This document shows positions 1-8,874 of a DNA stretch of 64,000 nucleotides, one piece after another. Position 1 is the first letter of the stretch. The number at the start of each line of letters is the position of its first letter. Source of the DNA: Planctomycetota bacterium. GTDB lineage: Bacteria > Planctomycetota > SZUA-567 > H5-PLA8. Position numbers and translations under genes: made by a program. The notes beneath the pieces are model-generated. The model searched no databases and was not told the DNA's origin. It was given only the letters and a program-made list of their open reading frames with translations. Where the stretch lies: contig JBBRPR010000013.1 of the NCBI GenBank assembly GCA_038227875.1, positions 122,365 through 186,364 of the forward strand, given 5' to 3'.

Positions 1-159
1 AACCCACGGCACGAACGCATTTATCAGCGCCTGCTGAACATGAAGACCATCGCGACCAGCGCGGGCACCAACGGTCTGCGCAATGCGCCCGCCGTGTTGA
101 TGCGCCTGGACCTGAAGGACTTGCCGGAACGCTGGCTGCAGCCCATGTCCGTCGGTTGA
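1..159 (+). CDS. C-terminal fragment of a FeeM/OxzA-like N-acyl amino acid synthase (GNAT-type), cut by the window edge
   Basis: Own translation of frame 1: NPRHERIYQRLLNMKTIATSAGTNGLRNAPAVLMRLDLKDLPERWLQPMSVG*. NPRH..xY and NAPAVLMRLDL match the C-terminal motifs of this family. Not in the ORF track. Confidence 0.7.
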   Translation, partial: NPRHERIYQRLLNMKTIATSAGTNGLRNAPAVLMRLDLKDLPERWLQPMSVG

Positions 160-290
160 TGAGAATTTAAAACATTTCTTTGGTCAAACCGGGCGCAGCT
201 GGTTTTGCATAGTGGAAGACAGTCGTAACTCACGTTTTAGATCGGGAGTCGCCAGGAAACGCACAATGTAGTTCAACGGAGCCGTTCATC

Positions 291-1244
291 ATGCCCAGCA
301 GCGCGGTTTTCGAATACGACAACGCCTTCGCCCGCAACCTCGGGTTGGTCAACGTTGATGAACAGTCCCGCCTGCGCCAGACCCGCGTCGGCTTGCCGGG
401 ACTAGGCGGCGTCGGCGGTGCGCATCTGCAGGCGCTGGCCCGCATGGGCATCGGGGCGTTTCATCTCGCCGATCCGGATACGTTCGACGTCGTCAACATG
501 AATCGCCAGCTCGGCGCGTCGATGAACACCGTCGGACGCTCCAAGGCGGAAGTCGTCGGCGAATCCTTGAAGACCATCAATCCCGACGCGCAGGTCGAAC
601 TCTTCCGCGACGGCATCAACGCACAGAACATCGATGCTTTCTTGGATGGCGTCGACGTCGTCGTCGATGGACTGGAGTTCTTCCGCATCGAAACGCGGCG
701 CATGCTCTACCGCGCCTGTCGCGAACGCGGCATTCCGGTCGTCAACGCCGGCCCGATCGGCTTTGGCGCGGCAGTGCTGGTCTTCATGCCCAACGCGATG
801 TCCTTCGACGAATACTTCCGCATCAACGACGCGATGACCCGCGCCGAACAGTTGCTCGCGATGGCGCTGGGACTGGCGCCCGGCCTGGTCAGCGATGTCG
901 ATCCCGCGCGCGTCGACGTGGAGAACGAGAAGGGCCCCGCCCTCGCATCGGCCTGCTTTCTCTGCGCCGCCGCCGCTGCGACGGAAGTGCTCAAGCTGGT
1001 CTGCGGTCGAGGACGGGTCACCGCCGCGCCGCGCGGCATCTACTACGATCCATATCGCGGCAAAACCGTCCGCCTCCGCCCGCGACCCGCGTTGACCTCC
1101 AGCCTGCGCGGCCGGGTCCTGCGCTGGATGAGCTTCCGCCGCTTTCCCGCTTTCCGCACCATGCACGAGCGTGAATTGCTCGAGCGCAAAAACATTCGCC
1201 AGCTGGATCTCGAGGCTGCCTCCCATGCCGCGCCAACGGTCTGA
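291..1244 (+). CDS. ThiF/E1-like adenylyltransferase
   Basis: YDNAFARNLG, GLGGVGG, DPDTFDVVNMNRQ, GRSKAE motifs. Confidence 0.9.
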   Translation: MPSSAVFEYDNAFARNLGLVNVDEQSRLRQTRVGLPGLGGVGGAHLQALARMGIGAFHLADPDTFDVVNMNRQLGASMNTVGRSKAEVVGESLKTINPDAQVELFRDGINAQNIDAFLDGVDVVVDGLEFFRIETRRMLYRACRERGIPVVNAGPIGFGAAVLVFMPNAMSFDEYFRINDAMTRAEQLLAMALGLAPGLVSDVDPARVDVENEKGPALASACFLCAAAAATEVLKLVCGRGRVTAAPRGIYYDPYRGKTVRLRPRPALTSSLRGRVLRWMSFRRFPAFRTMHERELLERKNIRQLDLEAASHAAPTV

Positions 1245-1479
1245 AAAAGAAGTCGATGAACTGATCGCGCTCGCGCGCACGTACTGCGAAATTCGCGCGC
1301 GATTGAACGATGCCCCTGCCGATTGGCCGGCCGACGAACGCACGCGCGCGCACCTCGCCCAGCTCGACGAGAAAATCGCGCTGCTGAACAGCTACAGCGA
1401 GCTGGACCGCAAGAAGGCCCGCGCCATCCGCAACACCAACATCGTCCAATTGCATCGCACCCGGAGGGCGGCCCGATGA
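1225..1479 (+). CDS. Small helical hypothetical protein (84 aa)
   Basis: ATG at 1225 after GAGG; stop overlaps the next start (ATGA); GC-typical codon usage. Confidence 0.6.
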   Translation: MPRQRSEKEVDELIALARTYCEIRARLNDAPADWPADERTRAHLAQLDEKIALLNSYSELDRKKARAIRNTNIVQLHRTRRAAR

Positions 1480-2546
1480 ACGTCATGGAATGCATTCCGC
1501 ACGTGGCCGCGCCGACACTGCAAAAATGCCTGGCCGCCGCCGTGCGCGCGCCGTCCGGCGACAACACACAGCCCTGGCGTTTTGAAACGGATGACTCCGC
1601 TGGACGCATTTCCGTATTCATCGACGAAACGCGCGATTCATCGCCGATGAACTGCGGGCAGACCATGTCGCGCATGGCCTGCGGCGCGGCGGTGGAAAAC
1701 ATCCTGATCCAGGCCGCCGCGGATGGCTGGGCCGCCTCCGTGGAAGAAGGCTTCGGCAACCACGTCGCCACGATTCAGCTCGATCAGGAATCGCCGCTGA
1801 GCCCCGTCACCCGCCAGACGCTGAACGCCATATACAATCGCGTCAGCAACCGCCGCCTTTACGACGCCAGGCCCGTGGATCCGCTTGTGCTCTCCACGCT
1901 GAATGAATCGACCCCGCTCCTCGACGACGTCCGCACGCATTGGTGCACCGAACGCAGCCGCATCAACACGCTTGCGCCGATCATTGGCGCGGCCGACGGC
2001 ATTCTGTTTGGCGAAAGTTCAATGCGCAATGCCTTCCTCGCCAACGTCCGCTTCGATCGTCCGGTGAATGAAGAAGTCGACTCCGGTCTTTCGCTGGCGT
2101 CGCTGGAGCTCTCCCTGCCTGACCGCGCCGCCATGCGCATGATGAGTCATATTCCCAGCGTGGTGCTGAAAGCCACCGGCGCTTCGCGTCTCTTCAACCT
2201 GCACGCGCGGAAGCTGATCAAGAGCGCCTCCGGCGTTTGCGCGATCTCTGTTCCAGAAGCACACACGTCGTATTTCCAGGCCGGCCGAGCCCTCCAGCGG
2301 GCATGGCTGGTGCTCACGGAACTGGGCTTCGCCGTGCAGCCGATGATGTCCCTAATGGTCTTGCTGAATGCACTGCATCACGGATCGTCGCAACTGAAGG
2401 TGGCACTAGGCACTAAGCGGATAATTGAATTAGCAGCACAATTTGACACAGCAATTCCGGAATTCACCTGCAGAAAACCCCTGTTCCTGCTACGCTTTGG
2501 ATACGCCAAATCACCGAGCGGACGGACAGGGCGATTGCAACCATGA
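1476..2546 (+). CDS. Nitroreductase-family (FMN-dependent) protein
   Basis: AAVRAPSGDNTQPWRF, RVSNRRLY, AGRALQRAWL..AVQPM; GGAGG upstream of ATG 1476. Confidence 0.88.
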   Translation: MNVMECIPHVAAPTLQKCLAAAVRAPSGDNTQPWRFETDDSAGRISVFIDETRDSSPMNCGQTMSRMACGAAVENILIQAAADGWAASVEEGFGNHVATIQLDQESPLSPVTRQTLNAIYNRVSNRRLYDARPVDPLVLSTLNESTPLLDDVRTHWCTERSRINTLAPIIGAADGILFGESSMRNAFLANVRFDRPVNEEVDSGLSLASLELSLPDRAAMRMMSHIPSVVLKATGASRLFNLHARKLIKSASGVCAISVPEAHTSYFQAGRALQRAWLVLTELGFAVQPMMSLMVLLNALHHGSSQLKVALGTKRIIELAAQFDTAIPEFTCRKPLFLLRFGYAKSPSGRTGRLQP

Positions 2547-3688
2547 TGAGTATTGGATGGCGGAATTTGAAGCGCGATCCCTGGCGCGCGGCCGTCGCCG
2601 TGCTCGGGGTTGTCTTCGCTGTCGTCCTGGTCACTGTCGAAGTCGGCATGCTCATGGGCCTCGTCCGCAACGCCTCGCTCCTGATCGATCAATCTCGCGC
2701 CGATCTCTGGGTCTCCACCGTCGATGTGAAAACCTTCGACTTCGCCACGCCCGTGGACAACCGCAAGCGCTACCGCATCGCGGCTGTTCCCGGCGTCGAT
2801 CATGTCGAAGAATTCAATGTCACCTACAGCGTCTGGAAATTGCCCAGCGGCGGAAACGCCAACTGCCAGGTCATTGCCCTCGACGAACACGGCACCCTCG
2901 CCCCGCCCTTGAACCTGATCGAAGGCAGTGTGGAAGCGCTGCACAACCAGGACGCCGTAATCATCGATAAAGGCGACTGCGCCAAGCTGGGCAACATCCA
3001 CGTCGGCGACACGGTTGAAATCCTCGAACGCCGCGCCAGAGTCGTCGGGCTGACGCAGGGCATGAGTTCCTTCACCACCACGCCGTATATTTTCACGTCT
3101 CTGCGCCGCGGCGAGCGCTACGGATACCTGACTTCCGATTCCGGTTCGCCCAGCGGCAAGCAGTCGATTTATTTTCTGGTCAAACTCAGTCCCGGCGCCG
3201 ATCTCGAAACCGTCCGCAATGCCATCACCTCGGGAATTCCCGGCGTCGAAGTTCACACGCGCGAGAGCTTCAGTTACCGCACGCGAAAGTATTGGCTGAT
3301 CGAGACGGGCGTGGGCCTGGGCTTCCTGGCCGCGGCCGTGCTGGGCTTGCTCGTCGGCGGCGTGATCGTCTCGCAGATTCTTTACGCCATGACCATGGAA
3401 AAACTCCCCGAGTTTGGCGTGATGAAAGCGCTCGGCGCGGGCATGGGTGAAATCTCCCGCGTCGTCCTCGACCAGGGCCTGATCTGCGGCGGCGTCGGGC
3501 TGGTCATCGGAATCGCCTGCAGTTATGGCATCGCCGCGGCGGCAGCGGCGGCGGGAACCACGGTTGAAATTCCCACTGGACTGCTCATCGGCGTTTCGGT
3601 GATCACCGCATTGCTGTGTACGTTTGCGTCCCTGTTTTCAATTCTCCGCTTACGGCGCGTCGAGCCGGGGATGGTGTTCCGCACATGA
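2543..3688 (+). CDS. ABC exporter permease, DevC/FtsX/MacB-like
   Basis: N-terminal TM, periplasmic ADLWV domain, C-terminal TMs with EFGVMKALGA. Confidence 0.88.
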   Translation: MMSIGWRNLKRDPWRAAVAVLGVVFAVVLVTVEVGMLMGLVRNASLLIDQSRADLWVSTVDVKTFDFATPVDNRKRYRIAAVPGVDHVEEFNVTYSVWKLPSGGNANCQVIALDEHGTLAPPLNLIEGSVEALHNQDAVIIDKGDCAKLGNIHVGDTVEILERRARVVGLTQGMSSFTTTPYIFTSLRRGERYGYLTSDSGSPSGKQSIYFLVKLSPGADLETVRNAITSGIPGVEVHTRESFSYRTRKYWLIETGVGLGFLAAAVLGLLVGGVIVSQILYAMTMEKLPEFGVMKALGAGMGEISRVVLDQGLICGGVGLVIGIACSYGIAAAAAAAGTTVEIPTGLLIGVSVITALLCTFASLFSILRLRRVEPGMVFRT

Positions 3689-4431
3689 CCCCCACAATCT
3701 CGGTGCGCTCCGTCTCCAAGCACTACGCAGGCGGCGAATCCTGGGCCGTCCGCGGCATCTCGCTCTCCGTGTTTCCCGCTGAAGTCACCGTGCTGATGGG
3801 ACCCTCGGGCAGCGGCAAGACAACGCTGCTCTCCATGATCGGCGGCGTCCTTACGCCCACCGAAGGCTCGCTCAGTGTCTGCGGCGTGGAACTCAGCGGC
3901 TGCGACGAATCGCAATTGCAGAGCTTCCGGCGCGGCCAGATCGGTTTCATTTTCCAGAGCTTCAATCTGCTCTCGTCGCTGACCGCGCTGGAAAACATTG
4001 AACTGGCGCTTTCCCTGCGCGGCAAAGGACCCTCGACTGCCGCGGAACTGCTCGACCATGTCGGCCTGGCCGCCAAAGCGCAGGCGTATCCGATGGAACT
4101 GTCCGGCGGACAGCGCCAGCGCATCGGCGTCGCACGCGCGCTGGCCGGCGATCCTCCGGTGCTCCTGGCCGACGAACCGACCGCCGCGCTCGATGCCTTT
4201 CAAGGCCGCCGCGTCATGGATCTGCTCCGCACCCGCGCCCGTGAATCCGGCACGACGGTGCTGGTCGTCACGCACGATCCGCGTGTCCGTGAATTCGCCG
4301 ACCGCGTGATCGAGATGGAAGATGGAAAACTCAAGCGCATCGTCCGCCGCGTGCGGCCGGAGCAGGCTGAGGATGGGCAGTGGTTGGTTTCCCGAACCGG
4401 CACGATTGTAGCCGAGACTGCGAGCACCTGA
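3685..4431 (+). CDS. ABC exporter ATP-binding subunit (DevA/LolD-like)
   Basis: GPSGSGKTT, LSGGQRQR, LLADEPT, VTHD; ATGA overlap at 3685. Confidence 0.95.
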   Translation: MTPTISVRSVSKHYAGGESWAVRGISLSVFPAEVTVLMGPSGSGKTTLLSMIGGVLTPTEGSLSVCGVELSGCDESQLQSFRRGQIGFIFQSFNLLSSLTALENIELALSLRGKGPSTAAELLDHVGLAAKAQAYPMELSGGQRQRIGVARALAGDPPVLLADEPTAALDAFQGRRVMDLLRTRARESGTTVLVVTHDPRVREFADRVIEMEDGKLKRIVRRVRPEQAEDGQWLVSRTGTIVAETAST

Positions 4432-6077
4432 TGGCCAAAGAGGCCAAAGAACCCTCCGAGTCCACCCCTGCCGCCGCCCCCCAGGCTGCCGCCCATGATC
4501 TCATGGACGCGGAAGCGGCTCGTCAGCTCTTGAAAATGCCGGCGGCCAAGTTCGAATTGCTCATCTCCACCGGACAGGTACGCGTCTTCCGTTCCGACGG
4601 ACAGCCGTGCTTCCGCCGCGAAGACATTGCCGCGCTGGCCTTGAAGCGACAGGCCGCGCCGGCCAAGAGCGCCGCACCGCGCAAAGTTGCTCCGCCTGCG
4701 GCTGCTCCCGCCGCACCGGGCGCATCTGCCGCGAAATCCTCTCCGCGCAGTGAAGCCGTGAAACCGCCGGCGTCCAAGGCCACTCCTTCCATTCCCAAGC
4801 CTTCTGAACCCGACGATATGGAAGAGGAGGAATTTGAAGAACCGCCGCCGCCCGCGCCGCGCCAGAAATCACGCGCCGTCTCGCGGTTCCTGTTGCCGGC
4901 CGCGATCGTGATCGCGATCATCGCATTCGCCTGGACCTTCAACACCGCCAGCAAACACAGCGAGCTGCCGATGGCAGTACCGCCGCCCGCGCCGGGAGCT
5001 TTCGCCAATTCGAAGGCGGCACCGGGGCTGATCGAATCCGTCTCTGGCGAACGCCCGCTCTCCTTTGAGGTAGGTGGAAAAATTCACGCCGTCCTGGTCG
5101 AAGAAGGCCAGTCCGTGAATGTCGGCGATACGATCGCTGAGCTGGAAAACGCGGACCTGAACGCGAAGCTGAAATCCAGCCAGGCCGATTTAAGCGCCGC
5201 CGAGGCGAAGCTGGGCATGCTCAATGGCAATCTCGAGAGCGATCTCAAGAAATCCGAAAGCGAAGTCGCACGGTTGAAGGCCGAAATACTCCTGCTCGAA
5301 CCCCGCAAGGAAGACATTGAGCGCGCGCGCGCCGAAACGGCCGCAACCGAGGCCGACTGCACGCGCCTGACTGAGGACGCCAAGCGCAACGCCGACATCC
5401 ATGCTCAGAATACGGGAGCGGTGCCGCAGCAACTCGTCGATCAGACGAAACGGCTCGCGGAAGCAGCCGCCGCAAAATGCAACGCCTCGAAAGCCCAGCT
5501 TCACGCTCTGGAAGCCGGTTCGCGTCCCGAGGAAAAGGATCGTCTCAGTGCCATGCTCGCGAGCGCCGAAGCCGAAGTCTCCCGCCAGAAAACCACCAGC
5601 GCGTATCAAATCCAGTCCGTTCAGGCGCAGGTTGATCAGTCCAAAGCGCAAGTCGAGCTGGTCAAGGCCGACCTGCAGAAGACGCGCATCGTATCGGCCA
5701 GTTCCGGCACGGTGGTGCGGAAGTACATGCATCCCGGCGAAGTGATTGATGCGCTCCACCCGCAACCGGTGGTCACCGTTGCCGACCTGACCCAACTGCG
5801 CGTCCGCGCCGATGTCGACGAAGCGGACTTTCCGGGCATCTCCGTCGGTCAGCGCGTGAAGATCACCGCGGACGCCTGGGAGGAAGGAAAATTCCTGACT
5901 GGAGTTGTCGAACGCATCAGCACCACCACCGGACAGAAGCGCTTCTCCACCGGCGAAGCCCGCGAGAAGATGGACATCAAGATCGTCGAAACGATCGTGA
6001 AGTTCGACGCACCGCCGCCACCCAAGCTCGTCAAGCTCAACCTGCGCGTCACCGCCTACTTCGAAATCTCGAAGTAA
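4431..6077 (+). CDS. HlyD/DevB-like efflux periplasmic adaptor with N-terminal HTH-like domain and Pro/Ala-rich linker
   Basis: TM, lipoyl-like halves (VGGKIHAVLVEEGQSV; IVSASSGTVVRKYMHPGE), coiled coil, VRADVDEAD. Confidence 0.88.
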   Translation: MAKEAKEPSESTPAAAPQAAAHDLMDAEAARQLLKMPAAKFELLISTGQVRVFRSDGQPCFRREDIAALALKRQAAPAKSAAPRKVAPPAAAPAAPGASAAKSSPRSEAVKPPASKATPSIPKPSEPDDMEEEEFEEPPPPAPRQKSRAVSRFLLPAAIVIAIIAFAWTFNTASKHSELPMAVPPPAPGAFANSKAAPGLIESVSGERPLSFEVGGKIHAVLVEEGQSVNVGDTIAELENADLNAKLKSSQADLSAAEAKLGMLNGNLESDLKKSESEVARLKAEILLLEPRKEDIERARAETAATEADCTRLTEDAKRNADIHAQNTGAVPQQLVDQTKRLAEAAAAKCNASKAQLHALEAGSRPEEKDRLSAMLASAEAEVSRQKTTSAYQIQSVQAQVDQSKAQVELVKADLQKTRIVSASSGTVVRKYMHPGEVIDALHPQPVVTVADLTQLRVRADVDEADFPGISVGQRVKITADAWEEGKFLTGVVERISTTTGQKRFSTGEAREKMDIKIVETIVKFDAPPPPKLVKLNLRVTAYFEISK

Positions 6078-6108
6078 CGCGAGTTGTGAGTACAGCTTCG
6101 GAAAACTC

Positions 6109-6143
6109 AAAAAAAGCGGCGGATTTTCTCTGCCGTTTTTTTT
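6109..6143. terminator. Rho-independent terminator, possibly bidirectional
   Basis: AAAAAAAGCGGCGGA-TTTTC-TCTGCCGTTTTTTTT hairpin flanked by A and T tracts. Confidence 0.8.
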
Positions 6144-6258
6144 GTATCACCGCCTCCGCACCTCAAATTACAATTAAAGGGGCACCTTCCGACTGCCGAT
6201 AATGTTCACGACGGTCAAACGTTGAACTTACGGCACGTTGCGAAAGGACGAGCGCCCC

Positions 6259-7164
6259 ATGAACCGACTCTGTTCGTTTTTGAAGCCCTGGACCATTAAC
6301 GCCGCCCGGGTTGGCCTGGTGGGACTGCTGCTGGCTGGCGTCACCGGCTGCGACAAGGACGATCAGGACGGGCCTGTTCCCGCCTCCTCGACCAAGGTCA
6401 TCCCGACGCGACCCGAAGCACTAAGCCTTGCGCGCCAGGACATCAGGGCCGGCAACGGTCCCAGCGCTCAACAGCGCGTCGAAGCATACCTGAAAGAAAA
6501 TCGGACCACGCCGTTCCGCGCGGAAGCCGAATACCTGCTCGGCCAGGCCTTCACCACGCAGGGCGATTTCGACACCGGCAAGAAGCATCTGGAAATCGCC
6601 ATCGACGAAGCGCAGGATCGCGATCTCAAGGCCTTCGCCATGCTCGGCCGCGCCAACTGCAATATGGAAATGAAGGCTTACCACCTCGCCAGCCGCCAGT
6701 ACCACTGGCTGGAAACGATGTACCGCGACGTGAAGGGTTTGCCGCAGGACGAAATCATGTTCAAGCTCGGCCTCTCCTCCAAGCGCGCCGGAGCTCCCGA
6801 AACCGCCGACTACTGGTTCAACCGCGTGATTGAACTTTACGCCACCGGCCCGTACGCCGAAGACGCCAAGCGCGAGAACTCCAAGTACACGCCCTCGAAC
6901 TCCAGCGATAAGCCGCTGGTCTACTCGCTGGAATTCAAGAATTACAATGATGAAAAGAAGGCCAACGAAGAAGCCGATATTCTCCGCGCCAAGGGCTACC
7001 GCGACGTGGAAGTCATCCCGACGTCACGCAATGGTTTCGCGACGTGGGAAGTCCACATCGGCAAGTTCTACAATAAGAACGACGCCCAGCTCGCCAAGAC
7101 CGACGCCGATCTCGCCGGCCTCGACACGCACATTCGCCCGGCCATCGTCGAACCGATGAAATAG
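6259..7164 (+). CDS. Lipoprotein with TPR repeats and a C-terminal SPOR-like domain
   Basis: Lipobox LAGVTGC; TPR helices (AEYLLGQA, IMFKLGLS); SPOR-like tail (ADILRAKGY..WEVHIGKFYNKNDA). Confidence 0.75.
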   Translation: MNRLCSFLKPWTINAARVGLVGLLLAGVTGCDKDDQDGPVPASSTKVIPTRPEALSLARQDIRAGNGPSAQQRVEAYLKENRTTPFRAEAEYLLGQAFTTQGDFDTGKKHLEIAIDEAQDRDLKAFAMLGRANCNMEMKAYHLASRQYHWLETMYRDVKGLPQDEIMFKLGLSSKRAGAPETADYWFNRVIELYATGPYAEDAKRENSKYTPSNSSDKPLVYSLEFKNYNDEKKANEEADILRAKGYRDVEVIPTSRNGFATWEVHIGKFYNKNDAQLAKTDADLAGLDTHIRPAIVEPMK

Positions 7165-7187
7165 TCGCCCGATCGGACTTCCGCTTT

Positions 7188-7223
7188 AAGACGCCCGGAG
7201 CTTGCTCCGGGCGTTTTCATTTT
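7188..7223 (+). terminator. Rho-independent terminator
   Basis: AAGACGCCCGGAG-CTTG-CTCCGGGCGTTTT followed by T-rich tail. Confidence 0.8.
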
Positions 7224-7240
7224 CCGGCGGTAGCTGTTAA

Positions 7241-7274
7241 TCTCACGCAAAGCCGCAAAGACGCTAAGAACAGC
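7241..7274 (+). repeat. Single arm of the TCTCACGCAAAGCCGCAAAG repeat family
   Basis: Near-identical to copies at 55875, 61902 and 63184. Confidence 0.8.
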
Positions 7275-7381
7275 TAACGGCGGGAAGCGGGATTGGGGAT
7301 TCGCCGATGCGGATTCGCGACGAATCCCGATTCCCGCCGTTGCATGAGCATAAACACGTTCTCCGACCAAGGCGGGACCGC

Positions 7382-8854
7382 ATGCCAAAGAACGTCCTCT
7401 TCATCATCGCCGACCAGTTCCGCGCCGACTGCCTTGGCGCCGCCGGAAATCCATTAATCAAGACGCCGAATCTCGACGCACTGGCCGCGGCGGGCGTGCT
7501 GTTTTCGCACGCATTCATCCAGACGACACCTTGCGGACCCAGCCGCATGTCGATCTTCAATAGCCGCTACCTCTGTTCCACGCGCGCCGTCGAGAATATG
7601 ACTCCGTTGCCCGACGCCGACGACAATCTGGCCGCGGCGTTGCGTCATGGCGGCTACGCGCCGGCGCTGATTGGCTACAACGACTACGCTATCGATCCGC
7701 GCATCCTTCCGGCCGGCGATCCGCGCACGGTCTCGCTCAGCTACGACAACGTACTTCCCGGCTTCGATTGGGTTCTTAATCACACTTACGATTCCAGCGA
7801 GTACTTCGATTGGCTGCGCAAAAAGGGCTATCCCGAAGAACTCCTGAGCCACAAAGCGATCCACGCGCCCGCAGTGCCGCCGCAAGGCCCCGGCGATCAC
7901 CTGCCGCTCCACTACCCCGCCCGCTACCGCGTCGAACACAGCGAATGCCGCTTCCTGACCGAAGTCGCCACAGATTGGATCCGCGCGCGCCCGGAGACGG
8001 GCAACTGGTTCCTCAGCCTCAACTACATCAAGCCCCACCCGCCGCGCATCTGCGCCGCGCCGTACCATCAAATGTACGACCCCGCGAAAATGCCCGCCGC
8101 CAATCGCCGCGCCGAAGAACTCACCGATCCGCAGGTCAGCAAACGCTTCATGCACCACCATCCGAAACTCGTCTCCGAGCGCGATCTCCGTGAAACGCAG
8201 GCGTGTTACTACGGAATGATCTCGGAACTCGACGAGAGCCTCGGCCTGCTCTTCGCCGAGCTCAAACGCACCGGGCGCTGGGACGACACACTGATCATCT
8301 TTTCATCCGATCATGGTGAATACCTGGGCGATCATTACCTGCTCGACAAAATGTACTTCTACGATGAGACCATGCGCGTCCCGATGATCGTGCGCGATCC
8401 GTCGAACTCCGCCGACGCCACGCGCGGAAAGCAGTTCAACGGCTTCGTCGAATCGATCGACGTGGCGCCGACCATCTTGCAGCACCTCGGCATCCCCGCG
8501 CCGGAACGTTTCCAGGGCCGCAGCCTGCTGCCGGCACTGCGCGGAGAAGCCAACGCGCTCAAGACGGAAATCTTCTACGAGGACGATTTCCGCTCCAACC
8601 GCGTCCCGGGGATCGATCCGGAACGCAGTCTGCTGTGGGTGATCCGCGATCACCGCTTCAAGTACGTGCAGTTCGCCGATGAATCGATGCCGTCGTTCCT
8701 CTTCGATCTGAAATCCGATGCCGGCGAGCAGGTCAATCTGGCGGCGCGCCCCGAACACGCGGCGACGGTAGCCGACTTCTGCCAGCGGCTGTTGCGCTGG
8801 CGCATGAAGCACGAAGACCACAGAATGGAACGTTGGGCCTCACAGTACCGATAG
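7382..8854 (+). CDS. Sulfatase/phosphonate monoester hydrolase-like enzyme (alkaline phosphatase superfamily)
   Basis: NVLFIIADQFR, CGPSR formylglycine motif, KPHPP, SDHGEYLGDH. Confidence 0.9.
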   Translation: MPKNVLFIIADQFRADCLGAAGNPLIKTPNLDALAAAGVLFSHAFIQTTPCGPSRMSIFNSRYLCSTRAVENMTPLPDADDNLAAALRHGGYAPALIGYNDYAIDPRILPAGDPRTVSLSYDNVLPGFDWVLNHTYDSSEYFDWLRKKGYPEELLSHKAIHAPAVPPQGPGDHLPLHYPARYRVEHSECRFLTEVATDWIRARPETGNWFLSLNYIKPHPPRICAAPYHQMYDPAKMPAANRRAEELTDPQVSKRFMHHHPKLVSERDLRETQACYYGMISELDESLGLLFAELKRTGRWDDTLIIFSSDHGEYLGDHYLLDKMYFYDETMRVPMIVRDPSNSADATRGKQFNGFVESIDVAPTILQHLGIPAPERFQGRSLLPALRGEANALKTEIFYEDDFRSNRVPGIDPERSLLWVIRDHRFKYVQFADESMPSFLFDLKSDAGEQVNLAARPEHAATVADFCQRLLRWRMKHEDHRMERWASQYR

Positions 8855-8874
8855 TGTTTCCGAACGGAGCACCC

